This document shows positions 50,984 to 61,392 of a stretch of 64,000 bases of DNA, in pieces. The notes beneath the pieces are model-generated. The model was given only the letters and a program-made list of their open reading frames with translations. It did no database searches and was not told the origin of the DNA. The translations under genes were made by a program, and so were the position numbers. Every line of letters starts with the position of its first letter. The first letter of the stretch is position 1. This DNA is from a virus. Where the stretch lies: positions 12,845 to 76,844 of the IMG/VR virus record IMGVR_UViG_3300037010_000793, one strand, 5' to 3'.

Positions 50984-52228
50984 TCATGTCTTGATACCTG
51001 CACCTGTATAGAAGTAGAAACCATCATGGTATTTCATAAAACCTGCATGGTATTTCACAAAACCTGCCTTTAACCACTTAGGTAGTTCATCACACAATAT
51101 GGGGTACTTTAACCCGTCCACTGGTACGGTAGGGTGGAATTCGTGGACGATTTCGAGCGCGCCTACACAGCGACTTCTATTGAATAACAACACTTCCCTT
51201 GTCTGACAAACATAGAAATAGTCGTCATCATGATTAGAATAGCACGAGCAACTCGCGAGTATTTGTCCGTTATTATATCTTGAGTAGCACGTATCGGACT
51301 CGCTGTGCCAATCACCGCCAATTATTACATAGCCAGGGCGGAGCGTACCACTGTGATATTCGCTGTGTCCATTTGAAGTGTCACACCTATATGTGTTCGC
51401 CGTTTCATTCGTCACGATGGCAAACTCGTTTCCATGGTTCCATGATACATAACTATAATCACCGTCAAGATACGGCATTTTTATTCTAATGTCGGTATTG
51501 CATACTTCGTCATGATCACCACCTATATAGCGGAGGCGACAGTTTAATAGACACTCGGTATTATGCGTGTATTCTTCACGCTCAAGCAATGACAAGAACA
51601 ACATGCGCCACATGTTTCTACCCAACCCCTCATGAGATCGAGTATGACCAACAACTGTTGGGTATGCGCGGACAAACTGCCTGGTTTTGCGATTGCATAC
51701 GGCACGGCCAACTACCACACCCTCATATATAGCGTATACGACCTCTATGTCAGCTGTGTCATAAACCTCAACTGATGTTTCATTACTCATACAGCTATCA
51801 CAGATATGTTTATCCTCGTAAATACGGCAAATTTCGTCAGAGCCAATACAAGTATCTAGTTTTAGCCATGAAGCATCAATATTCAGTGATTTATATCGCT
51901 CTGAGAAGACTTTAATCTCACTGTCACAAAGTGTAGGATCTTTACACTTTAACCATCGTCCAATCGTTGTTGTTACCCGTGTGTAATACCCGTTGGGTTT
52001 CACTTTTGAATAATCGACCCGTGTTGGGTCACTAACTGACTGCCATAGACACTCATCGTATGCCTCTGGGTATGTTGAATATAACTCATAAAAAAACCTA
52101 ACAATAACCGAGTTGTCAAAGGAAGGCATGTCCGCTTCCTTGATGTTTTGGAGATTGAGTGTATGTCTAATAGTCGCTATTAGTTCAGTGTTTTCCATGT
52201 TCATTCTCAATAGATGACTAATGTACAA
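50984..52228 (-). CDS. hypothetical protein, GC-richer than its surroundings
   Basis: SCMS, GRAV, RAYP, MPYLDG motifs; AGFxKYH repeats at the C-terminus. Confidence 0.75.
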   Translation of the reverse strand: MYISHLLRMNMENTELIATIRHTLNLQNIKEADMPSFDNSVIVRFFYELYSTYPEAYDECLWQSVSDPTRVDYSKVKPNGYYTRVTTTIGRWLKCKDPTLCDSEIKVFSERYKSLNIDASWLKLDTCIGSDEICRIYEDKHICDSCMSNETSVEVYDTADIEVVYAIYEGVVVGRAVCNRKTRQFVRAYPTVVGHTRSHEGLGRNMWRMLFLSLLEREEYTHNTECLLNCRLRYIGGDHDEVCNTDIRIKMPYLDGDYSYVSWNHGNEFAIVTNETANTYRCDTSNGHSEYHSGTLRPGYVIIGGDWHSESDTCYSRYNNGQILASCSCYSNHDDDYFYVCQTREVLLFNRSRCVGALEIVHEFHPTVPVDGLKYPILCDELPKWLKAGFVKYHAGFMKYHDGFYFYTGAGIKT

Positions 52229-52259
52229 TAATTGTACTAATTGCAGTTTTAATTATTCT

Positions 52260-52340
52260 GTTTAACTTATGAGTATTATAACATAGCTTCTAGACAAAAG
52301 TATACTGTTTTGTTTAAAATATCATTAATTTTTAGTAAAC
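52260..52340 (-). promoter_or_regulatory. early-promoter repeat, family A (long form)
   Basis: ~80 bp nearly identical to the 55884 copy. Confidence 0.8.
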
Positions 52341-52597
52341 AATTGAACATGATCGTCTGTAATAAAACCACAGCACTTCCAGTTATACTCAATAAAACCC
52401 TCAAGCCATCTTGTTCGTCTTGTGTACCACAAAGTAGTTACATTTCCAATTACAAACTCTCGGCGACATGTTTCCATGTTTATCATCAATCTGGGCATAA
52501 TAAAAAACTCTTTGCGTTTAGTATAGCCAGTGTTAATCCAAGAATCGTATGTTGCCGGTGGTAGAACGCCTGAGCAAAATAAGCATTTAAGATTCAC
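52325..52597 (-). CDS. hypothetical protein
   Basis: 4-bp overlap coupling. Confidence 0.5.
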   Translation of the reverse strand: MNLKCLFCSGVLPPATYDSWINTGYTKRKEFFIMPRLMINMETCRREFVIGNVTTLWYTRRTRWLEGFIEYNWKCCGFITDDHVQLFTKN

Positions 52598-52905
52598 ATG
52601 ATACCTCTTCTAGCTTTAGTCGCGTTAATAAAAGCATCTAAACGCTCTTCTTGTTTGATTGATTCCAGTATACTCTCCTGGTATATATTCATGGCTAACT
52701 CTTTGTCTGCTTCTAGTACAAAAGTCTCATACACATTATACTCCATGTCAGACCCTGCAGGGTACATATCAAAACTATGCACCCCAAACAAAACAGATTC
52801 TCCGTTAATCATTACATAAAAACAGTTGACACCGACATTGTGTGTAATTTTATACTCAGGAAAGACAGATAAACACTTATAGAAATACTCTTTATTGCAT
52901 CTCAT
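52594..52905 (-). CDS. hypothetical protein
   Basis: coupled ORF. Confidence 0.65.
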   Translation of the reverse strand: MRCNKEYFYKCLSVFPEYKITHNVGVNCFYVMINGESVLFGVHSFDMYPAGSDMEYNVYETFVLEADKELAMNIYQESILESIKQEERLDAFINATKARRGIM

Positions 52906-53312
52906 TATAGTAAACCTTGAACCTTCTTAAGAGCAACTGTAATATATCGTAATTCATCAGAAGATAAAGTAATCTTACCTGCATGATTAATACTAGCTAT
53001 GTCCTTTATCTTTTCAACGTTTTGCTCAATTACATACAAACCATGATTCGCTTTATAAAGAGGTGAATTATATATAATATGAGATAAACCGTTCTCGTCT
53101 ACTCTAATGCATAAAGCATTGAAAATAGACATAACCACATCGTCAGGAATATCTTTAAACTTCCAGAATTGATACCACTTTTTACGTGTAAGTCTTTCTT
53201 TAATATTAGCCACTTCTTTCTCTAGGTTATCCGCTTTAGCCTTGCTGCAATAATCAAGCATCATATCACAAGCTAAGATAACATCTTCACATTTTAACTC
53301 AATATAACTCAT
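52905..53312 (-). CDS. hypothetical protein
   Basis: coupled ORF. Confidence 0.65.
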   Translation of the reverse strand: MSYIELKCEDVILACDMMLDYCSKAKADNLEKEVANIKERLTRKKWYQFWKFKDIPDDVVMSIFNALCIRVDENGLSHIIYNSPLYKANHGLYVIEQNVEKIKDIASINHAGKITLSSDELRYITVALKKVQGLL

Positions 53313-53665
53313 TCTATAACTCCAATTGATTGTAGGCCTTCACGAAGAGACACATCTTGTTCAAGCCATGATAATAATAACCCAACATGTACTTGATACT
53401 GCTGTTGATTAATTAGATTCATAAAGAACGCTTTTTCCTCTGGGGATATTATAGCAGAACGATGAGGGTCAGTTCTCAACACGTTAAGTGTGATTGGAAT
53501 AGCTTTGGCAGTTTCTTGTGATTGAACTAGTTTACTATCTTCAACGACTGGCTTGCTAACCCGATCACTAAGCTTAGTAATATTAGTTACTTTGTTAGAT
53601 GAGGCGGATTGCGGATTACCAGCTTCGACAGATTTAAATTTGGGAAACTTAATTATATTTGACAT
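53309..53665 (-). CDS. hypothetical protein
   Basis: MSNIIKFP N-terminus, AAGGT RBS. Confidence 0.7.
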   Translation of the reverse strand: MSNIIKFPKFKSVEAGNPQSASSNKVTNITKLSDRVSKPVVEDSKLVQSQETAKAIPITLNVLRTDPHRSAIISPEEKAFFMNLINQQQYQVHVGLLLSWLEQDVSLREGLQSIGVIE

Positions 53666-53781
53666 GTCTTTACCTTAAAAATAAATTAATGTTATACCAC
53701 ACGACTGTTAATCCTCACGTATTACAGCAACTAGCACGATGCATCATAAAGCAGTTAACCGGTATAATTTTCATAATACTA

Positions 53782-54339
53782 TCATACTACATATGCTAGA
53801 ATATCGCCACAAACAGGGTTTTTTGTATCGATATTCCATTGTAATAAACAGCCATGGTTATCTTCGAGTGTTACCTTGTAAACTTCATTACAGTGGCCTC
53901 GTAGATATACACGTATAATCTGATCAACACAATCAGGTGGTACATTAGCCAAACTACCTGTAAATGAGCAGTGCAAATGCGTATAATTAATTTTGTTGTT
54001 AGATAAAACTAAATGTTGATCATAGATACGGTTTAGTACTTTGCGCTTAATTAATACAAACTCTTCAGGCGATTCAACATGTTGAACATTATATTTTTTG
54101 ATAAGATTAGCTGCCTCCTGATCTATATCATTGGATAGATAGTTAACATCATTGTTTTTGGGGCGCTTAAACAAAGAATACCAAAATGATCCTTTCATAA
54201 CGTCAATAAAATATCCTTTATGGATATTAACAAGACGATGGTATTTTTCTTGAATTGGGTATTTTCCAAGATCCAGAAATGGATGTGTTGTTAGATTCAT
54301 GATTGCTTCCTTTATAATTAACTTATGAATATTATACAA
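53782..54339 (-). CDS. hypothetical protein
   Basis: likely start MNLTT (54300) after AAGGA. Confidence 0.6.
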   Translation of the reverse strand: MYNIHKLIIKEAIMNLTTHPFLDLGKYPIQEKYHRLVNIHKGYFIDVMKGSFWYSLFKRPKNNDVNYLSNDIDQEAANLIKKYNVQHVESPEEFVLIKRKVLNRIYDQHLVLSNNKINYTHLHCSFTGSLANVPPDCVDQIIRVYLRGHCNEVYKVTLEDNHGCLLQWNIDTKNPVCGDILAYVV

Positions 54340-54433
54340 TAAAACACAATTTCTTGTACGACTTTATTCTTTACAGACACGAATTGTTTAAATAAATTTA
54401 GTTTATAGTAACAAGACTATTGTGTTTCTAAGC

Positions 54434-54625
54434 TCAAACAGGAAATTCGAGTAATAGTCTAATCATATCCAAATCGCGATCTAAAATCTCACACCATACT
54501 TCACCAGGTGTTAATGCTAGTTCAAATTGATTCCATGAGCCTTCTTTGCCAATGTATTTCATAATGTTTTGTTTAGATTCATCATGCTTCCAGATATACA
54601 AACAGCCAATTTGTAGATTCATCAT
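54434..54625 (-). CDS. small hypothetical protein
   Basis: Y.WK...Y.G..G.W.QF...VWCE pattern. Confidence 0.6.
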   Translation of the reverse strand: MMNLQIGCLYIWKHDESKQNIMKYIGKEGSWNQFELALTPGEVWCEILDRDLDMIRLLLEFPV

Positions 54626-54736
54626 GCTTACTCCAATGAATGTAATATAGTTAACATATCATTAATTTTTCGATAATCAGCCTTGACGCGTCGCAGTGAT
54701 ACGATTGTTTTTGATGATAATTCAATGAACATTACG

Positions 54737-55198
54737 TTACTCCTTAATACCTAACATAGCTTTCGCGTGCAGAATCGCTGCTTGTTTACCTTCTTCGGTG
54801 TACGGGTAGCACAAGTTGTTAGCAGAACGGAATGTATCGGATGAGTACGAATCATAATATGTTGTAGTATCAAACATATCAGCTTCGGTGGTATCAGGGT
54901 AATAGTAGTCAGTTTCATATGTAGGGTGAAAGCTGATATTTGGTACCTCTACACCATGAACAAGTTTCATGGTTAGCGGTTTGGTTGGTGCTTCAATTAC
55001 ACACTCGTTCCAAAACAAGCATTGTATATGTTTACCTTTACGATAAAAGCCTTCTACCGTGAAAGAATCACCAGCAGTATCAAATGATACACGGATAGGA
55101 CAGTTACTATTTTTGTCTACCTGATGGATCACACCCCAACCGAATGTGTGAGAAAAGACGCGATCACCGACTTTAGAATTTTCAAACGTTGTACTCAT
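54737..55198 (-). CDS. 'GWG' paralog family protein
   Basis: TFENSKVGDRVFSHTFGWG...HGVEVPNISFHP...EEGKQAAILHAKAML. Confidence 0.75.
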   Translation of the reverse strand: MSTTFENSKVGDRVFSHTFGWGVIHQVDKNSNCPIRVSFDTAGDSFTVEGFYRKGKHIQCLFWNECVIEAPTKPLTMKLVHGVEVPNISFHPTYETDYYYPDTTEADMFDTTTYYDSYSSDTFRSANNLCYPYTEEGKQAAILHAKAMLGIKE

Positions 55199-55605
55199 TA
55201 TAGTGTCTCCTTTAATCCTAACTTCAACTCAACAACTTCACCAGACCCGTTAATGGTATCGATCATAGTAAATTTACAATCAAGTGATTCAAATTGTTTG
55301 AAGTGTTCTTCATAATAATTCAGGGACTCATTGCTACGGCATTGAATTGAAATTACTTGGCCTGATGATTCAAACGGCCATAGACTCATCGGTAGGTTTG
55401 TAGTTAGATGTAAGAACTCACCCTGCGCAGTCTTTAATACTGTAACTTTATTGATAGACCATGTCATTTCGATAATCTCTTTCTTTGCTTCTTCAGCTAA
55501 TTCCTGCATACGAGCTAACAGGCCAAGGCCAAGGCCAATCTCAGTACTATTTGGATTAAGACGATGAACAATCTCAATGAGACGTTGGATATTTTCTGTT
55601 TTCAT
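55198..55605 (-). CDS. hypothetical protein
   Basis: coupled ORF. Confidence 0.65.
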   Translation of the reverse strand: MKTENIQRLIEIVHRLNPNSTEIGLGLGLLARMQELAEEAKKEIIEMTWSINKVTVLKTAQGEFLHLTTNLPMSLWPFESSGQVISIQCRSNESLNYYEEHFKQFESLDCKFTMIDTINGSGEVVELKLGLKETL

Positions 55606-55883
55606 TTTTGATTCCGTGCGAAATAATTATTAAAAACCGCCACTGAAAGGTGGCCGAAGCTTGCATTTAGTTTAGCAACCTATTCTTGCCATCTTCTAGT
55701 TATGCTCCGACGATGGCATAAAAATAGGGCCATCAAGATGTTCTACACAAAAATCAACAGCTGCTGATAAACTATCAAACCAATAACCGGTAGACTCACC
55801 GTACTGAGTAATAATCTCAAACAAGTGATTATGCCGGTTTAATATATGGGGTTACTTTCATTTTGATTTCATATTCTCTGTTT

Positions 55884-55968
55884 GTTTAACTTATGGATAT
55901 TATAACATCGATCTAGACAAAAGTATACTGTTTTTGTTTAAAATATCATTAATTTTTTTAGTAAACCA
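55884..55968 (-). promoter_or_regulatory. early-promoter repeat, family A (long form)
   Basis: near-identical to the 52260 copy. Confidence 0.8.
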
Positions 55969-56206
55969 TTGATATACAGACATTTCATATGACACACTTG
56001 GTTTTGTGTCATACCGGAAAGTGTTAGGGATTAAATATAGGTAACAGTGTTAAAACTGCTGAAAACCTCGCACGGCTTTACCTGACCATTTTCTCTAATG
56101 GCGGTTGCACCTGATACTGGTGCAACAACATCATATCTCTTAGCAGATTGTGCTACCAAAGAGCTAACAAGGTATATCGTGTCGTGTTGAGGCGCTGGTA
56201 GCCCCT

Positions 56207-56800
56207 CTACGGCTGGTGGAAATACATTTTACCAGTTAAGGTGTTTAAGACGATTCCCTCCCCTGTTGGGATGTGTTTAGTCTTATGTGTTTCACCAGTT
56301 AAGGCGAAAATCACTTCTTCGCCTACGGCACAATAGCCGTAGATTCTTTCTGCACCTCGCAGGTCTTCGCCATTACTAGTAATGTCTGCGTTGTCGATTC
56401 TATCAGCAAGTTTAGGAAACCTGCGCTTCACCGCGAGTATTCCGTTATAGAGGTAGAAGGTCATGCCAGCGGCATAAGCCGCTGCCACTTCTGAGGCCTC
56501 AGCCGATACTGCGTTAGCTGCCCTGATTTTTTCCTTTACTAGGAGCAGGTCGGTGTATGAGTCTACCTCAACAACACCCATACCTTTTGTGAACATAAGG
56601 TATGGATAGCTGCCATCATACACCGCAATGGACAGTGTATGGCTGTACATAAGGTCTCTGCATTGAGGGTTTTCTCCATTTTCGAAGGCTTTAAATGACT
56701 TATAAGCATTTGCGGTGCGGTAGACAGCTATATTGGCTGCTGCGATAGCCAAATGGTTGTGCTGTACAACTCGTGTTTGGGTGTCGTGAATCCATCCCAT
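56207..56800 (-). CDS. hypothetical protein, GC-richer
   Basis: AAGGAG RBS, promoter repeat upstream. Confidence 0.7.
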   Translation of the reverse strand: MGWIHDTQTRVVQHNHLAIAAANIAVYRTANAYKSFKAFENGENPQCRDLMYSHTLSIAVYDGSYPYLMFTKGMGVVEVDSYTDLLLVKEKIRAANAVSAEASEVAAAYAAGMTFYLYNGILAVKRRFPKLADRIDNADITSNGEDLRGAERIYGYCAVGEEVIFALTGETHKTKHIPTGEGIVLNTLTGKMYFHQP

Positions 56801-56837
56801 GTTAGTCTCCTTTTCGGTTACGATTTTAGTTATGTTC

Positions 56838-56898
56838 TTGTTTAACTTATGGATATTATAACATAGATCCAGACAAAAGTATACTGTTTTTGTTAAAA
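56838..56898 (-). promoter_or_regulatory. early-promoter repeat, family A
   Basis: TTTAACTTATGGATATTATAACATAGATCCAGACAAAAGTATACTGTTTTTG on plus. Confidence 0.8.
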
Positions 56899-56899
56899 A

Positions 56900-57241
56900 T
56901 TAATAATTGTTATACGGATATGGCGTAATATATGACCATAGTTTAACATTATTAGCAACCGGTTTCTTGATATCGTTATTATGCAGACCAAGCCAAATTG
57001 AACCAAAGGCTGAATATTGTAAAATGTTTCCATTTTGATCTTTACAAATTCTACCATCGTCTGGTTTTGAAATATCAGCGTCATGCCATTCGCTATTAAC
57101 GCGATCGATATGAAACCTATGCATCATAATAGCTAGTGCTTCCCACGACATTTCAACATGACCGTTATGGTTAATACCGCCATAATGCTGAATATACTCA
57201 GAAATAGCTGTTAAGTCTTTGGTTGCTGTTTCGTACTTCAT
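56900..57241 (-). CDS. hypothetical protein
   Basis: AAGGA RBS. Confidence 0.65.
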   Translation of the reverse strand: MKYETATKDLTAISEYIQHYGGINHNGHVEMSWEALAIMMHRFHIDRVNSEWHDADISKPDDGRICKDQNGNILQYSAFGSIWLGLHNNDIKKPVANNVKLWSYITPYPYNNY

Positions 57242-57365
57242 ATTTGTTCCTTAATTTTAAAGTCTAACGTCTCGTCTAGACATGAATAATGATAAACCAA
57301 TGCTAAACCCAATACTAAAAATAGCAGCGATGATAATTCCAAAATATTTCATTTTGTAAGTTCCT

Positions 57366-57644
57366 TTATTGGGCTAAATCAGGTAATTGAGACTGGTCGA
57401 TAGACTCGATTGATAACACCGAGCTGAGCGTAAATGAGCGCCAACCTTTATTTGTAACGTCATAACACTTATAATTAGATTGTAACGAACGAAGATCAAA
57501 TGATGATTCTGTTTTAGGTAACTCATCCTCTGGAATGTTCTTAATAGTACCATATAAGGTGCGCACTGTTCCATCTGCCTTTGTAAAAACTACTTTTACA
57601 AAGTCGTTCGATGTAAACAAGTTAGACACTTCTTGATAAGTCAT
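57366..57644 (-). CDS. SH3/WYL_2-like (DUF2693) protein
   Basis: FTKADGTVRTLYGT...YDV..KGWRSF. Confidence 0.8.
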   Translation of the reverse strand: MTYQEVSNLFTSNDFVKVVFTKADGTVRTLYGTIKNIPEDELPKTESSFDLRSLQSNYKCYDVTNKGWRSFTLSSVLSIESIDQSQLPDLAQ

Positions 57645-57797
57645 TGTGTTGTTCCTCTTTTAAGTAACTTTAATTTATTTCTAGTACATTATAACATAAA
57701 TGATGCTATTAGTAAACTGCTCACAATAAAAATTATCTATATTGTTTATTATGCAGTTTAACATACCAAGCATTTACTGATTAGTCTTTATTCATTT

Positions 57798-58838
57798 TTA
57801 GTTAAAACCGTTCATAAGTTTGATATTCGTAGCTACATTATCCCGTGCACTTTTGATGTCCAGCGTTACTGGAGCATGCACTGTGTTTTTAAGTTTTTCC
57901 TTCAGTAAACCGAATTGTGGTTGTTGTACAGTCAAGTCGATATTAGCTTCGCTTGCAATAAACTTATTATCAAAAACAACACGGTGAAATAACCGTTCAG
58001 CTTGAAGTAACATATGACTTGTGTACACACGCATTTTATCAAAGTGAACTAATGCAACTAAAAAGTATTCTTTGTTTACTAATGGCTTCGCAGGAAACAC
58101 ACGAGCGTTCATTACTTCAATAAAGCGATTATACGTAGGCCGTTTCTGATCGCGAACCCTACCTTCGTACGATCTCATGTCGAGATCAAACAAACTTGGA
58201 TGAAAGAATGGACTCGCCATAACATATTCATACACATCTTCCATTGATTCAAACCCTGCGCAATATTTTGAATAGGATAATCCAAAGAACTCTAAAATTT
58301 GTTGATGAGACGTTGATAACATGATTTCGACAACAACATAGGTATCAATCTTGTATATGAATGATAAACCAGTATGTCCATACTTCAAACCCATGCCATT
58401 AGCTAATCTACCAATGAAGTTTCCGATATCACCATACCCATGGTAGTTACACATTGTCTTAAACGCAGCTTCTGATACGAAAATGAAGTCAACCTGAAAT
58501 AACGACCATTGAGGTAAACCTTCTGAATCAATAACACAGGTTGAATGAACATAAGAAGTAACAGGTCCGTTTTTAACGTACTTATATTCACTGCTATTCA
58601 TAATAAAATCGTTGTACATTTCATCGTCTCTTGGCATTGAAATGATAACATCAAGATCACCGAACGATTCTTTATTTCGAACATGTGGTACTACACGAAA
58701 CTCGCCAGTAAAGCCATGACACTCTTTTATAAGTGTTAATCGTTCAACAACTTGTTCAACAACTTCGTTATACCGTTCAACGTTAAGTCGAACTGGTTCT
58801 TTATTATTAAGAACCTTTTTGATAGCTAAGCCACCCAT
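57798..58838 (-). CDS. pol-beta superfamily nucleotidyltransferase
   Basis: KESFGDLDV, FQVDFI, GLKYGH.GL. Confidence 0.75.
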   Translation of the reverse strand: MGGLAIKKVLNNKEPVRLNVERYNEVVEQVVERLTLIKECHGFTGEFRVVPHVRNKESFGDLDVIISMPRDDEMYNDFIMNSSEYKYVKNGPVTSYVHSTCVIDSEGLPQWSLFQVDFIFVSEAAFKTMCNYHGYGDIGNFIGRLANGMGLKYGHTGLSFIYKIDTYVVVEIMLSTSHQQILEFFGLSYSKYCAGFESMEDVYEYVMASPFFHPSLFDLDMRSYEGRVRDQKRPTYNRFIEVMNARVFPAKPLVNKEYFLVALVHFDKMRVYTSHMLLQAERLFHRVVFDNKFIASEANIDLTVQQPQFGLLKEKLKNTVHAPVTLDIKSARDNVATNIKLMNGFN

Positions 58839-59140
58839 TATAAACCTCCATTGTATATGTCAATAGCTTCTAGCCATTTTTGATTAGCTTCAGGATTACC
58901 GTCAATATGTCTATCAACAAACATAATGACCGAACTTAATGTTGCATCAATCTTAACAGGATCACCTTTACCCCAAATCCATGCCGTGGTTGCACCAGTA
59001 TCTACAAACCGAATGTAGCATTCATGTTTTAAATTAGTCTGCAGACTATACCAAACGTAATTACCAACAACGTACTCAGGTGTTACACCAACTTCAGATA
59101 TAATGGTTCTTATTAGCGGATGTATTTTATGGCTTATCAT
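58838..59140 (-). CDS. hypothetical protein
   Basis: coupled ORF. Confidence 0.65.
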   Translation of the reverse strand: MISHKIHPLIRTIISEVGVTPEYVVGNYVWYSLQTNLKHECYIRFVDTGATTAWIWGKGDPVKIDATLSSVIMFVDRHIDGNPEANQKWLEAIDIYNGGL

Positions 59141-59145
59141 ATTCC

Positions 59146-59595
59146 TTACCCATCGAATCGGGTGCTTAACACAGAAACGATGATATCGTGGTATTCATAG
59201 AAGTCGACCATTTTACGAATAATTTTCGCGGTATATCTCTTGACACAATCGCATGAAGCTGATTCTACACGCTTACGAATTACAGGTATTTGATGTTCAT
59301 TATACCGGTTATCGTGTTCAATTGCTTCAGCTACAATCAATAATAAGTACTCATCTAGCAAGCTATTGTTAGGTGACTCAAATAACTGGCGTGGGACTAT
59401 TGCAGTAAAGTGACTTTTACTCATTGCAATTTCGACACCCTTCTTTTTAGAAAACTGATCATTTGGTGCACAAACAGTGTGATAGATTATGTATTGATCA
59501 TTGTCAACCCATAAACCCACAACGGTAATCTGTGTACCTGAAAAATTATTGTACTCGTTAACATTGATATGTTTAATAAACGTTTTCTTTTTCAC
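59146..59595 (-). CDS. hypothetical protein
   Basis: C.P.DQFSKKKG..IA motif. Confidence 0.65.
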   Translation of the reverse strand: MKKKTFIKHINVNEYNNFSGTQITVVGLWVDNDQYIIYHTVCAPNDQFSKKKGVEIAMSKSHFTAIVPRQLFESPNNSLLDEYLLLIVAEAIEHDNRYNEHQIPVIRKRVESASCDCVKRYTAKIIRKMVDFYEYHDIIVSVLSTRFDG

Positions 59596-59672
59596 TTTAA
59601 CACCTTTGCTTTAATGATTAATTGAAATATATGTTATAATTGTAAACTAAATTCTAAGAAATGTAAACAACT

Positions 59673-60626
59673 TTAGCATATTTTTATCTTTACTGGTTTG
59701 AATACAGCACCTGATGGAATTGGGTTAACATGTATCTGTTCTAGTTCGACTTCACTGTTCATAATAAAGAACGAACCGAACCGAATATTTGTATGATTAT
59801 AAGCACCTGCATAAACCCACGCATCATTTGTTGACATACCCTCATTCCAAAGATGATCGTCTATTCCAACATAAATTGTTTTACCCATATATTCAGTTCT
59901 AGCAAAATATGCATGCTCAAAGAAAACTCGTCTATTAAGCGTTGTTGATACGTCAACTATCTGTTTTGACATGTCTTTTGAAGGTTTATCATACCCAATA
60001 TAACTATACATGTTTGATGCCTTAGCTATAGAATCGGTAATCTGTTGTTCATCGATTTGTGGATTACTTAATTCTTCAATAAATGTAAACTTAGCAACAT
60101 CATGAGCATGCACTTGTCCTATTTTATCTAAAACAACGTAGCGCTTCTTCGGAATAGTACAATTAAATGCATAGTTATTTGTCCATAGTTGTGCTTTAGA
60201 TGTATCCATGCTTACATACATGATACCTAAGAATACCCAATCCATACCGCACTTAGCTTTATATGTTTTACCTGGTACCAAGTCACAGATTTCAAGTTTC
60301 TTATCATACCGTGTTTTCCATTCAGAATACATATAACTGTGGTATACAGACCGATCAGAACCAACGATAAACTCACCTTGAATTGCGTCTCCGGTAATTG
60401 TAATATTAAACTCTTTACAAAAACGTAAGAAACGTCGAAGATTAATACCCTGAACGTATTGATTTGTCTTTTCAGATTTTAAACCAAAACCTTCGGTACG
60501 ATTATACGTCTCTGGAATAATTACCCAGTCATCAGCAACTGTGGGATTAATCTTTGTTTTAACTGAAGTAAACTGAGTGAATAGTTTTGGGTTGTAGTCG
60601 CAATAGCTTTGCATTTTGTTTGACAT
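59673..60626 (-). CDS. hypothetical protein
   Basis: 317 aa ORF. Confidence 0.75.
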   Translation of the reverse strand: MSNKMQSYCDYNPKLFTQFTSVKTKINPTVADDWVIIPETYNRTEGFGLKSEKTNQYVQGINLRRFLRFCKEFNITITGDAIQGEFIVGSDRSVYHSYMYSEWKTRYDKKLEICDLVPGKTYKAKCGMDWVFLGIMYVSMDTSKAQLWTNNYAFNCTIPKKRYVVLDKIGQVHAHDVAKFTFIEELSNPQIDEQQITDSIAKASNMYSYIGYDKPSKDMSKQIVDVSTTLNRRVFFEHAYFARTEYMGKTIYVGIDDHLWNEGMSTNDAWVYAGAYNHTNIRFGSFFIMNSEVELEQIHVNPIPSGAVFKPVKIKIC

Positions 60627-60961
60627 AAATTACTCTTTAAATTATCTAAGCATGTATAATTACAATCTTTAACATCAATTTCAGATTCGTTGTTCAACAT
60701 CTCCATCCATTTTTCAAAGTCATCAATGGACATACCATTTGAAATATGTTGTCCGTCTAAATTAACAGCAACGTATTCAACAGCTTCGGGTGAAAATGAA
60801 ACTCGAACAATTTCCCAATCATCGTTAAATTTTGAATAAGCTAAGAATGATTTTTCATTATCATAGATTAAACTGATGTAAAATGATAATTTATATAAAG
60901 CCTCTCGAATTTGCATGGGTTTGCTAGATTTAATACTCAATTTTAAAAACTCCACTGTCAA
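60521..60961 (-). CDS. hypothetical protein (3' overlap suggests a frameshifted end)
   Basis: overlaps the next gene by ~105 bp. Confidence 0.5.
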   Translation of the reverse strand: MTVEFLKLSIKSSKPMQIREALYKLSFYISLIYDNEKSFLAYSKFNDDWEIVRVSFSPEAVEYVAVNLDGQHISNGMSIDDFEKWMEMLNNESEIDVKDCNYTCLDNLKSNLCQTKCKAIATTTQNYSLSLLQLKQRLIPQLLMTG

Positions 60962-60974
60962 TATTCATAACTCT

Positions 60975-61211
60975 CTATCCTTCAAACGGGATATCGATGT
61001 TAACTTTCTGAATCTTAAGGAGTTGGTCTGGGTATTGAAATAATTCGGTATCCCAACTATCACCTGCAACATTCCAAGTATTACGGAAGAAGACTTTGAC
61101 CTTCTCAGGTGTAAACATGATAACTTCAGCCACCACAAACTGGCGATACTTTGGTGCAATCAACACAACACTATCACCGATTTCCAATTCTTGTCCAGCA
61201 AAATCTTTCAT
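60975..61211 (-). CDS. hypothetical protein
   Basis: MKDFAGQELEIGDSVV; AGGAG RBS. Confidence 0.7.
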   Translation of the reverse strand: MKDFAGQELEIGDSVVLIAPKYRQFVVAEVIMFTPEKVKVFFRNTWNVAGDSWDTELFQYPDQLLKIQKVNIDIPFEG

Positions 61212-61392
61212 AACTTTTCAACTCCTGATAAATGTTGTAGATATTTCACAACCATCCAAACTGCAAAATAAGACCATATAACGCCAATAGGTATTAATGC
61301 AGCTGGTGTCAAGAGAATCGATAATAACCCGAACGACATAGTCAATACCGTAAGATATAGGATAACCATTCCCATTTTAATTCCATTTTCGG

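Noticed and set aside
32477-55198. Diversity-generating retroelement explaining the paralogs
   Set aside because: No reverse transcriptase in the window, and differences are not adenine-specific.
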